From Nostoc sp. DedSLP01 (GTDB taxonomy: Bacteria; Cyanobacteriota; Cyanobacteriia; Cyanobacteriales; Nostocaceae), in the NCBI GenBank assembly GCA_034530875.2, contig JAVRCJ020000002.1, forward strand, positions 342,840 through 406,839: a stretch of 64,000 bases of DNA. The letters run 5' to 3'. The first letter of the stretch is position 1. Every line of letters starts with the position of its first letter. The notes below the pieces were generated by a model. The model made no database searches. It was not told the DNA's origin and was given only the letters and a program-made list of their open reading frames with translations. Below are positions 10,131 to 20,001 of this stretch, one piece after another. Both the position numbers and the translations under genes were made by a program.

Positions 10131-10172
10131 CTCCGCGCCTCTGCGTGAAAAAATTAATCAAGGTAGAAATAA

Positions 10173-11411
10173 ATGCCAACCAATATTCTATCTCCTATAA
10201 CCAACCCCATCTCTCTAATCTCCAAAAAAATCCAAGCCCGCATCAATTACGCCAAAACCTTACAAGTTGTTTCCCTCAAACCCAAACAACCTTCTAAAGG
10301 AAACGTACTTCTTTCTTATCGAATTGAGCCATTTTTATTAAAACCAGGTCAGCCAATGCCTAACGACCATACTTGGTATTGGGAAGTTTGGCAAATAGCG
10401 CAAACTTTTTTAGACTTGCGCTACAACGTTGATGTCATCCAGTTTCACAATGATAAATTCGTTCCCCAAAAAGATTACGCATTTTTCATTGATATTCGTC
10501 ACCGAATGGAGGCACTTGCACCAAAACTAAATAAAGATTGCATCAAAATTTTTCACGTTGACATTGCGAATATGGTGTTTCGTAATGCAGCTGAATGCAA
10601 CAGGCTTCTAGAACTCCAACAACGCAGAGGAATTACTTTAACTCCACAGCGATTTGAAACGCCTAATTTGGGAATCGAATATGCGGACTGTGCCACCGTT
10701 TTAGGCAACGATTTTACAGTTGGTACATTCCAATATGCCAACAAACCAATGTATCGCATTCCGATTTCTACGCCTATTGTTTATCCCTATCCAGAAAACA
10801 AAGATTTTGAAGCAGTTAGAAAAAACTTTCTCTGGTTTGGTGGTAGTGCTTTAGTTCTCAAAGGACTAGATTTAGTTTTAGATGCTTTTGCTCAAATGCC
10901 AGAATACCATTTAATGGTTTGCGGCCCAATTAGTAACGATAAAGAATTTGAGAAGGCTTTCTATAAGGAACTCTACGAAACACCAAACATTCATACCTAT
11001 GGCTGGATTGATGTTAGTAGTCCTGAGTTTATCAAGGTAACAAATAATTGTCTTGGACTTGTTTATCCTTCCGTTTCTGAGGGACAGTCAGGAGCAGTTA
11101 TCAGTTGCTTGCACGCTGGATTAATTCCAATTTTAAGCTACGAATCTGGTGTGGATGTCCACGATTTTGGTGTGATTTTTGATAACCTTTCCTTGGAAGA
11201 AATTAAAGCAAAAGTTAAAAGTATTTCTAATTTGCCTGTAGAAGACCTGAAAGTTATGTCTCAAAAAGCATGGGAATACGCAAGAGCAAATCATACCAGA
11301 GAAAAGTTTGCTCAAGCATATCGCAATGCTGTGGAACAAATGCTCGAACAACAAAAATCTCAAAAACAGAGTTATTTCATAGAATATAACAAGCAATTAG
11401 TTAATACTTAA
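10173..11411 (+). CDS. Glycosyltransferase family 4 (GT-B)
   Basis: KGLDLVLDAF, YPSVSEGQSGAVISCLHAGLIPI. Confidence 0.85.
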   Translation: MPTNILSPITNPISLISKKIQARINYAKTLQVVSLKPKQPSKGNVLLSYRIEPFLLKPGQPMPNDHTWYWEVWQIAQTFLDLRYNVDVIQFHNDKFVPQKDYAFFIDIRHRMEALAPKLNKDCIKIFHVDIANMVFRNAAECNRLLELQQRRGITLTPQRFETPNLGIEYADCATVLGNDFTVGTFQYANKPMYRIPISTPIVYPYPENKDFEAVRKNFLWFGGSALVLKGLDLVLDAFAQMPEYHLMVCGPISNDKEFEKAFYKELYETPNIHTYGWIDVSSPEFIKVTNNCLGLVYPSVSEGQSGAVISCLHAGLIPILSYESGVDVHDFGVIFDNLSLEEIKAKVKSISNLPVEDLKVMSQKAWEYARANHTREKFAQAYRNAVEQMLEQQKSQKQSYFIEYNKQLVNT

Positions 11412-11521
11412 TACTAATTGCAACTGAAAATGTACTTAATAGTAAATTGTAACAAATTATTAGGTGCAAAATTATTGGGAATTTGTAACACAACAAACAG
11501 TTCTAAAAAGGAGTTTAGTTC

Positions 11522-12838
11522 ATGATTATTATCGATCGCGCCTTACAAGCTAGAGCAGCAGCAGGCAATCCTATTAAAGTCGGGATGATTGGTGCTGGTT
11601 TTATGGGTCGAGGAATTGCCAATCAAATTGTCAATTCAGTCCCAGGAATGGAGTTAGTTGCTATCTTTAATCGCAAGATTGATGCAGCTAAACAAGCTTA
11701 TTCAGAAGCAGGAATTGAAGATATTCAAGTTGTTGCAACTGTCGGCGAATTAGAAGATGCGATCGCCAACGGGAAATATGCAGTCACAGAAGACGCTAAG
11801 TTACTGTGTCAGGCAGAGAGTATCGATGCACTCATCGAAGTTACCGGTGCGATTGAATTTGGCGCTCAAATCGTCATGGAAGCGATCGCACATCGCAAAC
11901 ATGTGATTATGATGAATGCCGAACTCGATGGCACCATTGGCCCCATCCTGAAAGTCTATGCTGACAGAGCAGGCGTCATCCTCAGCGCTTGTGATGGCGA
12001 TCAGCCAGGGGTGCAAATGAACCTCTACCGATTTGTCAAAAGCATTGGTTTAACTCCACTTTTGTGCGGTAACATTAAAGGACTTCAAGACCCCTATCGC
12101 AACCCTACCACCCAGGAAGGATTTGCCAAACGTTGGGGTCAAAAGCCTCACATGGTGGCTAGCTTTGCCGATGGCACCAAAATTTCCTTCGAGCAAGCGA
12201 TTGTAGCCAATGCCACAGGCATGAAAGTCGCCAAACGAGGAATGCTCGGATATGACTTCACCGGCTACGTCGATGAAATGACCCAACTATATGATGTCGA
12301 ACAACTCAAAGAACTGGGCGGTATCGTCGATTATGTAGTTGGAGCCAAACCCGGCCCTGGCGTATACGTATTTGCTACTCACGACGATCCCAAGCAACGC
12401 CACTATCTCAACTTATACAAATTAGGTGAAGGCCCTCTTTACAGTTTCTATACTCCTTATCACCTCTGTCATTTTGAAGTTCCCCTATCCGTAGCGCGTG
12501 TAGTTTTGTTTGGTGATGCCGTCATGTCTCCCCTAGCAGGGCCCTTAGTAGATGTTGTCACCACCGCCAAAATCGACCTCAAAGCCGGAGAAACCCTCGA
12601 TGGCATCGGCTACTACATGACCTACGGACAATGCGAAAATTCCGATATCGTCCAACAGCAAAATCTCCTACCAATCGGTTTAGCCGAAGGATGTCGCCTC
12701 AAGCGGGACATTTCTAGAGATGAAGTCCTGACATACGACGATGTAGAATTACCCCCAGGCAGACTTTGCGATCGGTTACGAGCCGAACAAAACAGCTATT
12801 TCGCCCCAGAAAAAATCCTGGCGGCAGCTGGGTATTAG
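11522..12838 (+). CDS. NAD(P)-dependent oxidoreductase, homoserine-dehydrogenase-like, with C-terminal SAF domain
   Basis: GMIGAGFMG, DGDQPG, SFADGTK, PYHLCHFE, AKIDLKAGETLDGIG, LPIGLAEGCRLKRDI. Confidence 0.88.
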   Translation: MIIIDRALQARAAAGNPIKVGMIGAGFMGRGIANQIVNSVPGMELVAIFNRKIDAAKQAYSEAGIEDIQVVATVGELEDAIANGKYAVTEDAKLLCQAESIDALIEVTGAIEFGAQIVMEAIAHRKHVIMMNAELDGTIGPILKVYADRAGVILSACDGDQPGVQMNLYRFVKSIGLTPLLCGNIKGLQDPYRNPTTQEGFAKRWGQKPHMVASFADGTKISFEQAIVANATGMKVAKRGMLGYDFTGYVDEMTQLYDVEQLKELGGIVDYVVGAKPGPGVYVFATHDDPKQRHYLNLYKLGEGPLYSFYTPYHLCHFEVPLSVARVVLFGDAVMSPLAGPLVDVVTTAKIDLKAGETLDGIGYYMTYGQCENSDIVQQQNLLPIGLAEGCRLKRDISRDEVLTYDDVELPPGRLCDRLRAEQNSYFAPEKILAAAGY

Positions 12839-12954
12839 GATTTCATCCGGTTAAAGATACGGGGATGGGGAGATAGGGAGATGGGGAGAAATAATTAATG
12901 CCCCATTCCCCACTCCCTATTCCCCATTCCCCATTCCCCATTTTCTTAAAATTC

Positions 12955-14046
12955 ATGAAAATTGCTCTAGTCCACGATTATTTAACTCAACGGGGTGGGG
13001 CAGAGCGTGTATTTGAACTGCTTTGTAAGCGTTATCCTGAAGCAGACATTTTCACGTCTCTGTACGATCCGCAAAAAACTATCGACCTTAGCGATCGCAT
13101 AGTTAATACAACATTCTTACAAAAGATTCCCTGTGCAGCAAAGTATTTTAGGTCAATGGCACCTTTGTACTTTCCTGCTTTTCGTGCCTTAGATTTGCAA
13201 GACTACGATTTGATTATTAGTAGTAGCACTAGCTTTGCCAAAGCAGTACGGAAAAATCCCAGGGCTAGGCACATTTGTTTTTGTCATAATGTGACTCGTT
13301 TCTTATGGGATACGGCAACTTATTTAAAAGAGTATGGAGACTATAAATATTTTGCTCCTTTAATCGAGCAAGTCTTCCAAGTAATGAGAAAGGTAGACTT
13401 AAAATACTCACAAGAACCTGACATTTATATTGCTAATTCTAGCGTTGTTGCACGCCGTATTGAAAATATTTATGGCAAACAGGCAATAATGGTTAACTAT
13501 CCAATTGATACTAGTAAATTTGTTTTTTCTGATATTAAAGATGAATATTATCTGGCCTCTGCTCGAATGATTAGTTATAAGCGTCTTGATGTCATAGTCG
13601 AAGCTTTTAACTGGTTAGGCTGGCAATTATTAATCTCAGGTGATGGCCCAGAACTAGAACGGTTAAAAGCCAAAGCATTACAAAATATTCAATTTTTGGG
13701 ACACGTCAGCGATAAGACACGCAAAGACTTATTTTCTAAAGCCAAGTCAATTATCGTTGCAGCTTTAGAAGACTACGGATTAGTTCCAGTAGAGGCTAAC
13801 GCCAGCGGTACACCAGTTATTGCTTATGGAGCAGGTGGAGTATTAGATACTCAAATACCTGGTGAAACTGGAGTCTTTTTCAAAAGACAAACACCCGATT
13901 CTTTGCAAGTTGCATTACAAGAAGCTAAAGGAATCTCTTGGAATTACGATCGCATTCGTCATCATGCAGTCGCAAATTTTTCTGAAAATGCCTTCTTTAA
14001 CAAAGTTGAGCGAATTATTCATCAAGCTTGCAGCGTGCAAATTTAA
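12955..14046 (+). CDS. Glycosyltransferase family 4
   Basis: MKIALVHDYLTQRGGAERV, EDYGLVPVEANASGTPVIAY. The extension to 12898 only translates STRR repeats. Confidence 0.9.
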   Translation: MKIALVHDYLTQRGGAERVFELLCKRYPEADIFTSLYDPQKTIDLSDRIVNTTFLQKIPCAAKYFRSMAPLYFPAFRALDLQDYDLIISSSTSFAKAVRKNPRARHICFCHNVTRFLWDTATYLKEYGDYKYFAPLIEQVFQVMRKVDLKYSQEPDIYIANSSVVARRIENIYGKQAIMVNYPIDTSKFVFSDIKDEYYLASARMISYKRLDVIVEAFNWLGWQLLISGDGPELERLKAKALQNIQFLGHVSDKTRKDLFSKAKSIIVAALEDYGLVPVEANASGTPVIAYGAGGVLDTQIPGETGVFFKRQTPDSLQVALQEAKGISWNYDRIRHHAVANFSENAFFNKVERIIHQACSVQI

Positions 14047-14127
14047 TCAGAATTCAGGAGTCATAATTCTGAATTCTGAATTCTGGTTTTTTTATCTCTA
14101 GCGTAAATTCTGGTAAGGATAATCAAA

Positions 14128-16356
14128 GTGGTTCAAACTAGTCTAAATCCGCATCTAAATCCTGCGTCTGAAAATGAACCCAGTTACGGGCAAATGTTTG
14201 CTGTATTGATGCGGAGATTTCCTTGGTTTTTAATAGTATTGCTCGGTTCTGTTACTATTGCAGGAATAATAACTTTAAAAACCAAACCAACTTTTAGAAG
14301 TTCTATGCAACTGCTAGTAGAACCTAACTATCAAGGTAAACAAGAAGGCGGTGGCATAGAAAGCCAATTTACAGACTCTAATGTTGTAATAGACACTGCA
14401 ACCCAGCTTAACTTGATGCAAAGTTCGGGTTTAATCCAAAAAGCAGTTGATAAACTTCAGTCTGAATATCCAGACATCACTACAGCAGAAATTAAAAGTT
14501 CTTTGTCCTTAATGCAATTAAGAAGCAAAGAAGATAACGTTGCCACTAAAATTTTTCAAATTGAATACACAAATTTAGACCCAGAGAAAACACAAAAAGT
14601 TCTAGATGCAATTCGACAAGTTTATCTAGAATACAACAAACAACAACAAGATTCGCGTTTACAAAAGGGTCTACAAATTATCAGAGAACAGTTAGCTAAA
14701 GCCAGTGAAGAGGTGAAAGCGGCTGAAACAAACCTCCAAAGATTTCGCAGAAACCAAAATTTAATTGACCCTGAATCGCAAGCTAAAGCGATTGAGACAG
14801 CTTTAAACAATATCGCTCAAGAACGCCAAACAGCTCGCGCTCAATATGGCGAAGCTTTAGCACGGCAAAAATCTTTAGAAGAGCAACTTAACCGTTCTCC
14901 ACAAAATGCTTTAGTAGCTTCTCGGTTGAGTCAGTCTACTCGCTATCAAGGCTTACTTAACGAAATCCAAAAAACAGAATTAGCCCTAGCACAAGAACGC
15001 TTGCGCTTTACAGATCAAACTCCCAGCGTCCAAAAGCTCAAAGAACAACTCCAAAGTCAAAAGGAATTACTGCAACAAGAAGTAGGAAGAACTTTAGGCG
15101 GTAAATCTGCTAGTGCATTTGTTTCTGGAGATTCTCTCCTGGAAAAAGGACAACTCGGTGAAATCGATCTCAACCTTGCTAATCAGTTAGTAGAAACGCA
15201 AACAAATCTAGTTGCTTTAAGCGCCCGCGATCGAACTTTGGCTAACAAAGAAAACGAATTACGTTTTGAACTCAAACGTTTTCCACCTTTGTTAGCTTAT
15301 TACAATCGGATGCTACCGCAGCTACAATTTAGCCGTGAAAGATTAGAGCAACTTTTAAGGGCAGAACAACAACTGCGGCAAGAATTGGCTAAGGGTGGAT
15401 TTAATTGGGAAGTTGTAGAAGAACCTCAAAAAGGCGCACAATTAGGCCCTAACCTCCAGCAGAATTTAATGTTAGGTGCAGTAGTTGGGTTAATGTTAGG
15501 AGGTATTGCTGTCTTTATTCGCGAATCAATTGATGATTCGGTTCATACTACTGCTGAATTAGAGAGACAAATACCACTGCCATTGTTAGGAACTACTCCT
15601 AAATTACCGCCAGCAAAACCAAGAGAATCAATGATTAAATTGCCTTTTGGCAAGCCAGAAGTTCTCGCGCCTTGGACAATTCAAGTATTGCAATCTCCAC
15701 CACGTTGGGAATCGCTGGATCTGATTTACAAAAACATTGAACTTTTAAATGCTGTTGCTAATTTGAAATCTTTGATGGTCACCTCGGCTTTACCAGATGA
15801 GGGTAAATCAGCTTTAGCGTTGGGTTTGGCAATGAGTGCTGCGCGTTTACATAAAAGAGTACTCTTGATTGATGCCAACTTACGCGATCCTAGCCTGCAC
15901 GAACAGCTAAATCTCCCCAACGAACAGGGACTTTCAACTCTACTATCTAGCGATGCAACTCTACCCAATCAAATTAGTATTCAGTACACAGGTTCAGCCT
16001 ACATCGATATTTTGACAGCCGGGCCGAGACCTGCTGACCCAGCTAATCTTTTAAGTTCCCCTCGGATGATGCAATTAATGGCAGCATTTGAAGAAAACTA
16101 TGATTTGGTACTCATAGATGCTTCGCCAGTTCTCGGTATGGTGGACGCGATGCTTACTGCATCATCATCTCGTAGTGTGGTCATGGTTGCAAGTATCGGT
16201 ATTGTGACTAGAAGCCAACTGGCTCAAGCTACAGCCATGTTGAGCAAATTAAACTTGATTGGAGTTGTAGCAAATGGGGTATCGAACTCTAGCGCTAGTT
16301 ACGTACCTTATGTAAAACAACAACAATTAGCTCTGCGCCAAGCTGTAGAAAAATAG
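14128..16356 (+). CDS. Wzc/GumC-type polysaccharide co-polymerase with tyrosine-kinase domain
   Basis: Two TM helices around a coiled coil; TSALPDEGKS Walker A, VLLIDANLR, YDLVLIDASP; C-terminal YVPY. Confidence 0.9.
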   Translation: MVQTSLNPHLNPASENEPSYGQMFAVLMRRFPWFLIVLLGSVTIAGIITLKTKPTFRSSMQLLVEPNYQGKQEGGGIESQFTDSNVVIDTATQLNLMQSSGLIQKAVDKLQSEYPDITTAEIKSSLSLMQLRSKEDNVATKIFQIEYTNLDPEKTQKVLDAIRQVYLEYNKQQQDSRLQKGLQIIREQLAKASEEVKAAETNLQRFRRNQNLIDPESQAKAIETALNNIAQERQTARAQYGEALARQKSLEEQLNRSPQNALVASRLSQSTRYQGLLNEIQKTELALAQERLRFTDQTPSVQKLKEQLQSQKELLQQEVGRTLGGKSASAFVSGDSLLEKGQLGEIDLNLANQLVETQTNLVALSARDRTLANKENELRFELKRFPPLLAYYNRMLPQLQFSRERLEQLLRAEQQLRQELAKGGFNWEVVEEPQKGAQLGPNLQQNLMLGAVVGLMLGGIAVFIRESIDDSVHTTAELERQIPLPLLGTTPKLPPAKPRESMIKLPFGKPEVLAPWTIQVLQSPPRWESLDLIYKNIELLNAVANLKSLMVTSALPDEGKSALALGLAMSAARLHKRVLLIDANLRDPSLHEQLNLPNEQGLSTLLSSDATLPNQISIQYTGSAYIDILTAGPRPADPANLLSSPRMMQLMAAFEENYDLVLIDASPVLGMVDAMLTASSSRSVVMVASIGIVTRSQLAQATAMLSKLNLIGVVANGVSNSSASYVPYVKQQQLALRQAVEK

Positions 16357-16386
16357 ATTTTGGGTATTGGTTGGTATGAACCCAGA

Positions 16387-16417
16387 TGTAGAGACGTTGC
16401 AATGCAACGTCTCTACA
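16387..16417. repeat. REP-like palindrome
   Basis: TGTAGAGACGTTGCA-A-TGCAACGTCTCTACA; related copy near 23108-23131. Confidence 0.8.
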
Positions 16418-16478
16418 AGGATTTTGTATACATGAAATCAGCAACGCCATTTTTGCAATTGAATTTCAGCAACCGCGA

Positions 16479-16504
16479 TAGGGTAGCACAGCTGTGCTAC
16501 CCTA
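16479..16504. repeat. Perfect 26-bp palindrome
   Basis: TAGGGTAGCACAG-CTGTGCTACCCTA. Confidence 0.85.
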
Positions 16505-16970
16505 AAAATGTATTAAAAGCTATTAAATTTAGATTTATTACTATCAGGAAAAATCCTGTATATTTATGCTATCTTTATGAGTTTTCAGAAAAATTATTGG
16601 CTAATTAAAGACTAAATAAAGAATTTATTTGAGCGATCGCCATTGTTTAAAACTCTTATATTCTAGAGATTAAAGCACTTTCGCAAAGATAAAGCACAAG
16701 AGTGAACTAGTTTTGTTAAATTTCTCGGCATCAGAAAAAGTTCAACACAATTAAACAAAGTTTTTAACCGTTATCTCTACAGGTGACTTTGTTTTAAATA
16801 TAGGTGAAATGTAATAATTCAGCAGACTTTGATATCACAGTTCTTTTTTTAAATCTTCTGGATTTGGACTTCTGGCTCCTGAATTATTACATATAAATTA
16901 CGAATTAGCTTGATAGTTTTTGATAGCGCCTCGCCTCAGCAATTCACTCTTGTATAAACCCAAAGACATC

Positions 16971-17687
16971 ATGACAACTTCAATAATTCCAAGTCTAGAG
17001 AATTTTTATGATGTAACTCCGCAACACCAAAACCATTACTCTAGATCCTGTACATTACTGTGGCGAAGGGGCAAACTGTTGGTGAAGCAGCCAGGACTAG
17101 TTAAACCACCATATTTGTCTTCATTAAATAGCCAGCGATCGCTAGTAGAATGCTTAAAACATTCTCCTGTAAATTTAGTGAGTATAGATGCAAAACTGGG
17201 TGAAGATTTACTACAGTTTTGGGCAGATGCTTGCGAACAAGCTCATAAGCCAATATTCTTACGCATATCCTCTAGCAATAAAGAGCTAAAACAAACTAAT
17301 CAAAGCTGGAGATGGTTACAACGAATCATTGATTGGATTGTTGCTTTTTTATTGCTGTTATTCCTCAGCCCAGTTATCCTGGGATTGATTGTATTGCTGC
17401 AATTTTACTCGCTAGAGTCACTTTTTTCTCATGAATGGCGTGTTGGAGAAAAAGGTAGACTTTTTCGAGCCATTAGATTTTCTACGACACCAAATCACAA
17501 CATCACACTGCTAGGGCGTTGGATGCATAAATACAACCTCAACAATCTGCCATTGTTATTTAACGTACTGCGCGGTGACATGAGTTTGATGGGATTTCGT
17601 TCTTGGGCTTTAGCAGAGGCAATACAAATAATTGAAGAAGAATACAGAATTCAGAATTCAGAATTCAGAAATTTATCTGTAGGGTAA
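16971..17687 (+). CDS. hepC: Heterocyst envelope polysaccharide protein HepC (sugar-transferase-like)
   Basis: Directly upstream of hepA; LWRRGKLLVK, FWADACEQA, WcaJ-like QRIIDWIVA..TM..RVGEKGRLF..LFNVLRGDMSL. ATG at 16971. Confidence 0.85.
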   Translation: MTTSIIPSLENFYDVTPQHQNHYSRSCTLLWRRGKLLVKQPGLVKPPYLSSLNSQRSLVECLKHSPVNLVSIDAKLGEDLLQFWADACEQAHKPIFLRISSSNKELKQTNQSWRWLQRIIDWIVAFLLLLFLSPVILGLIVLLQFYSLESLFSHEWRVGEKGRLFRAIRFSTTPNHNITLLGRWMHKYNLNNLPLLFNVLRGDMSLMGFRSWALAEAIQIIEEEYRIQNSEFRNLSVG

Positions 17688-17739
17688 TTCATACTTTAAT
17701 CGTTAGAATCCAAAAGAGTTTGATATTCACTTTGAATAA

Positions 17740-17846
17740 TATAGGACTCCTATTTGATTTTTGAAAAAAAATCAACAAGTTAATCTTCTAGAATCTTGTT
17801 TACTGTTCTACACAAATAATTTCAGTAATCAAACCGGATTCCTATA
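17740..17846. mobile_element. MITE-like element, copy 1
   Basis: Imperfect terminal inverted repeats TATAGGACTCCTATTTGATT ... AATCAAACCGGATTCCTATA; second copy at 62971-63129. Confidence 0.7.
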
Positions 17847-17935
17847 TTATCACTTCTTAACTTCCCAATTATTCTGAATTCTGACTCCTGAATTCTGAAT
17901 TCTGAATTCTGGTTCCTCCCTTTTCCCATGCCAAA

Positions 17936-19795
17936 TTGTCATTACAAAAATCCATGCTTTTGAAACTTTCCCAAACAATCAGCAATTTCCTCAAAGCTAC
18001 CAAGTTTTGGCAGGAAAACTATTTGATATTAAGAGAAGTTGCACACTTTCGCAAAATTGCAATTTCCGCTTTAGTATTTTCAATTTTGGCAGCAGCATTT
18101 GAAGGTGTAAGTATTGGCTTCTTACTTTCATTTTTGCAAAGCTTAACTAGTCCTAACGCTCAACCTGTTCAAACAAGTATAGATTTGATTGATATTTGGA
18201 TTTTAGGAACCAAGACATCAGCAATTAATCGGTTATATCGTATATCTTTATTAATTTTGTTGAGTACTTGGTTACGTGCTACCTTTAATTATTTTTCCCA
18301 AGTCTACACAGAATTATCTCAAGTACATCTTGCAGACCGCTTACGTAAACAAATCTTTGAACAGTTACAATCCTTATCGTTGAGTTACTTTGCCAAAACT
18401 CGTTCTGGAGAAATAATTAATACAATTACCACAGAAATTGACAGAATTAGACAAGGTTTTAGTGCCGGAGCTTTTTTATTTACTAGAGGGATAACAACTC
18501 TTGTTTACTTATCATCAATGTTTTTGATATCATGGCAACTAACTTTGATATCAGCATTACTATTTACACTTTTAGGTGTAGGATTATCTAATTTAAATGC
18601 CAGAGTCAGAGAATCAAGCTTTGGCGTCACAAATGCTAATTCTAATTTCACAGCAACAGCCGTAGAATTTATTAATGGTATTCGTACCGTTCACTCTTAT
18701 GGCACTCAAGAATTTGAGCGCCAGCGCTACTACAAAGCTAGCGATAAAGTAGTCAGTACTACAACTAAAGTTGTCTTCACTTGGACGCTGGTGAAACCAA
18801 TTGCCGAAGGAGCAGCTACTACGGTATTGGTGGGAATGATTATTTTGGCATTTACTAGCTTAGTTAGTAATGGAACGCTACAAGTTGCTTCTTTACTAAC
18901 ATTTTTCTTTGTGCTATTTCGTTTTATTCCATTCGTTCAAGATATTAATGGCACAAGAGCTTTTCTCAGTACTTTACATGGTTCAGCAAACAACATTAAA
19001 AGCCTTCTGAAAACTGATGATAAAAATTATTTTCAGAATGGACATATTAAATTTCATAGGTTAAATAACTCAATTAATTTAGTATGTGTAGATTTTGGCT
19101 ATGACGATGAAAATCTAGTGTTGCATAATATTACCCTAACCATTGAAAAGGGAAAAATGACAGCATTAGTTGGAGCTTCTGGGGCTGGTAAAACAACCCT
19201 TGCTGATTTAATTCCGCGATTTTATAATGCTACAGAGGGAAATATTTACATTGATGAAACTGATATACGACTGTTTGAAATTAACTCTCTACGTTCCAAA
19301 ATAGCAGTTGTCAGTCAGGATACTTTTATCTTCAATACCACTGTTTGGCAGAATATTGCTTATGGAACTCCAGAAGCTACGAATGATGAAATTAAAGAGG
19401 CTGCTAGATTAGCGAATGCACTAGAATTTATTTTAGAAATGCCTGAAGGTTTTAATACCCAATTAGGAGATAGGGGTGTTAGATTATCTGGAGGGCAAAG
19501 ACAGCGAATTGCGATTGCGCGGGCGCTACTACGAAACCCAGAAATTTTGATTTTAGACGAAGCAACTAGCGCCTTAGATTCTGTATCAGAACGCTTAATT
19601 CAAGATTCATTAGAAAAGCTATCTGTTGGCAGAACAGTAATTGCGATCGCTCACCGTCTTTCTACTATTTCTAAAGCCGATAAAGTAGTGGTTTTAGAAG
19701 CAGGAAGGATAGTAGAACAGGGCAAGTATGAAGAATTACTCGGACGCCACGGCAAGCTTTGGGAATACCATCAGACACAATACTATAATTCGTAA
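17936..19795 (+). CDS. hepA: ABC exporter (TMD + NBD) HepA
   Basis: TM domain, GASGAGKT, LSGGQRQRIAIARA, ILILDEATSALD, AHRLST; follows hepC. Start may be the ATG at 17954. Confidence 0.9.
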   Translation: MSLQKSMLLKLSQTISNFLKATKFWQENYLILREVAHFRKIAISALVFSILAAAFEGVSIGFLLSFLQSLTSPNAQPVQTSIDLIDIWILGTKTSAINRLYRISLLILLSTWLRATFNYFSQVYTELSQVHLADRLRKQIFEQLQSLSLSYFAKTRSGEIINTITTEIDRIRQGFSAGAFLFTRGITTLVYLSSMFLISWQLTLISALLFTLLGVGLSNLNARVRESSFGVTNANSNFTATAVEFINGIRTVHSYGTQEFERQRYYKASDKVVSTTTKVVFTWTLVKPIAEGAATTVLVGMIILAFTSLVSNGTLQVASLLTFFFVLFRFIPFVQDINGTRAFLSTLHGSANNIKSLLKTDDKNYFQNGHIKFHRLNNSINLVCVDFGYDDENLVLHNITLTIEKGKMTALVGASGAGKTTLADLIPRFYNATEGNIYIDETDIRLFEINSLRSKIAVVSQDTFIFNTTVWQNIAYGTPEATNDEIKEAARLANALEFILEMPEGFNTQLGDRGVRLSGGQRQRIAIARALLRNPEILILDEATSALDSVSERLIQDSLEKLSVGRTVIAIAHRLSTISKADKVVVLEAGRIVEQGKYEELLGRHGKLWEYHQTQYYNS

Positions 19796-19796
19796 T

Positions 19797-19955
19797 ACTC
19801 GCCAAAGGCGAGAAGCAAGCTACGTAATGGGCTACCCCCGCTACGCTAACGTAATTCGTAATTTATGAATTACGAATTTACAAGAATGCTAAATTATCTC
19901 AATCTCATTATTGGTAGATTATTCTGACTCCTGTTAGCGTAGCGGGGCGTAGCCC
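19797..19955. repeat. Small dispersed repeats inserted in heptamer arrays
   Basis: ACTCGCCAAAGGCGAGAAGCAAGCTA (19797-19822), GGGCTACCCCCGCTACGCTAA (19829-19849), inverted TTAGCGTAGCGGGGCGTAGCCC (19934-19955); another copy at 49621-49642. Confidence 0.7.
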
Positions 19956-20001
19956 ATTCTGAATTCTGAATTCTATTCATAGTTTTAACAAGGGAAAATC
20001 A

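Noticed and set aside
12898..12954. N-terminal extensions such as MPHSPLPIPHSP (also 53749-53829)
   Set aside because: Translations of STRR repeats; the family-typical start lies downstream.
4582..17838. DIF1-like hexamers (TCCGGC ~4582, TCCGGT ~12846, ACCGGA 17833)
   Set aside because: One-mismatch 6-mers occur often by chance; cannot be called without TSS data.
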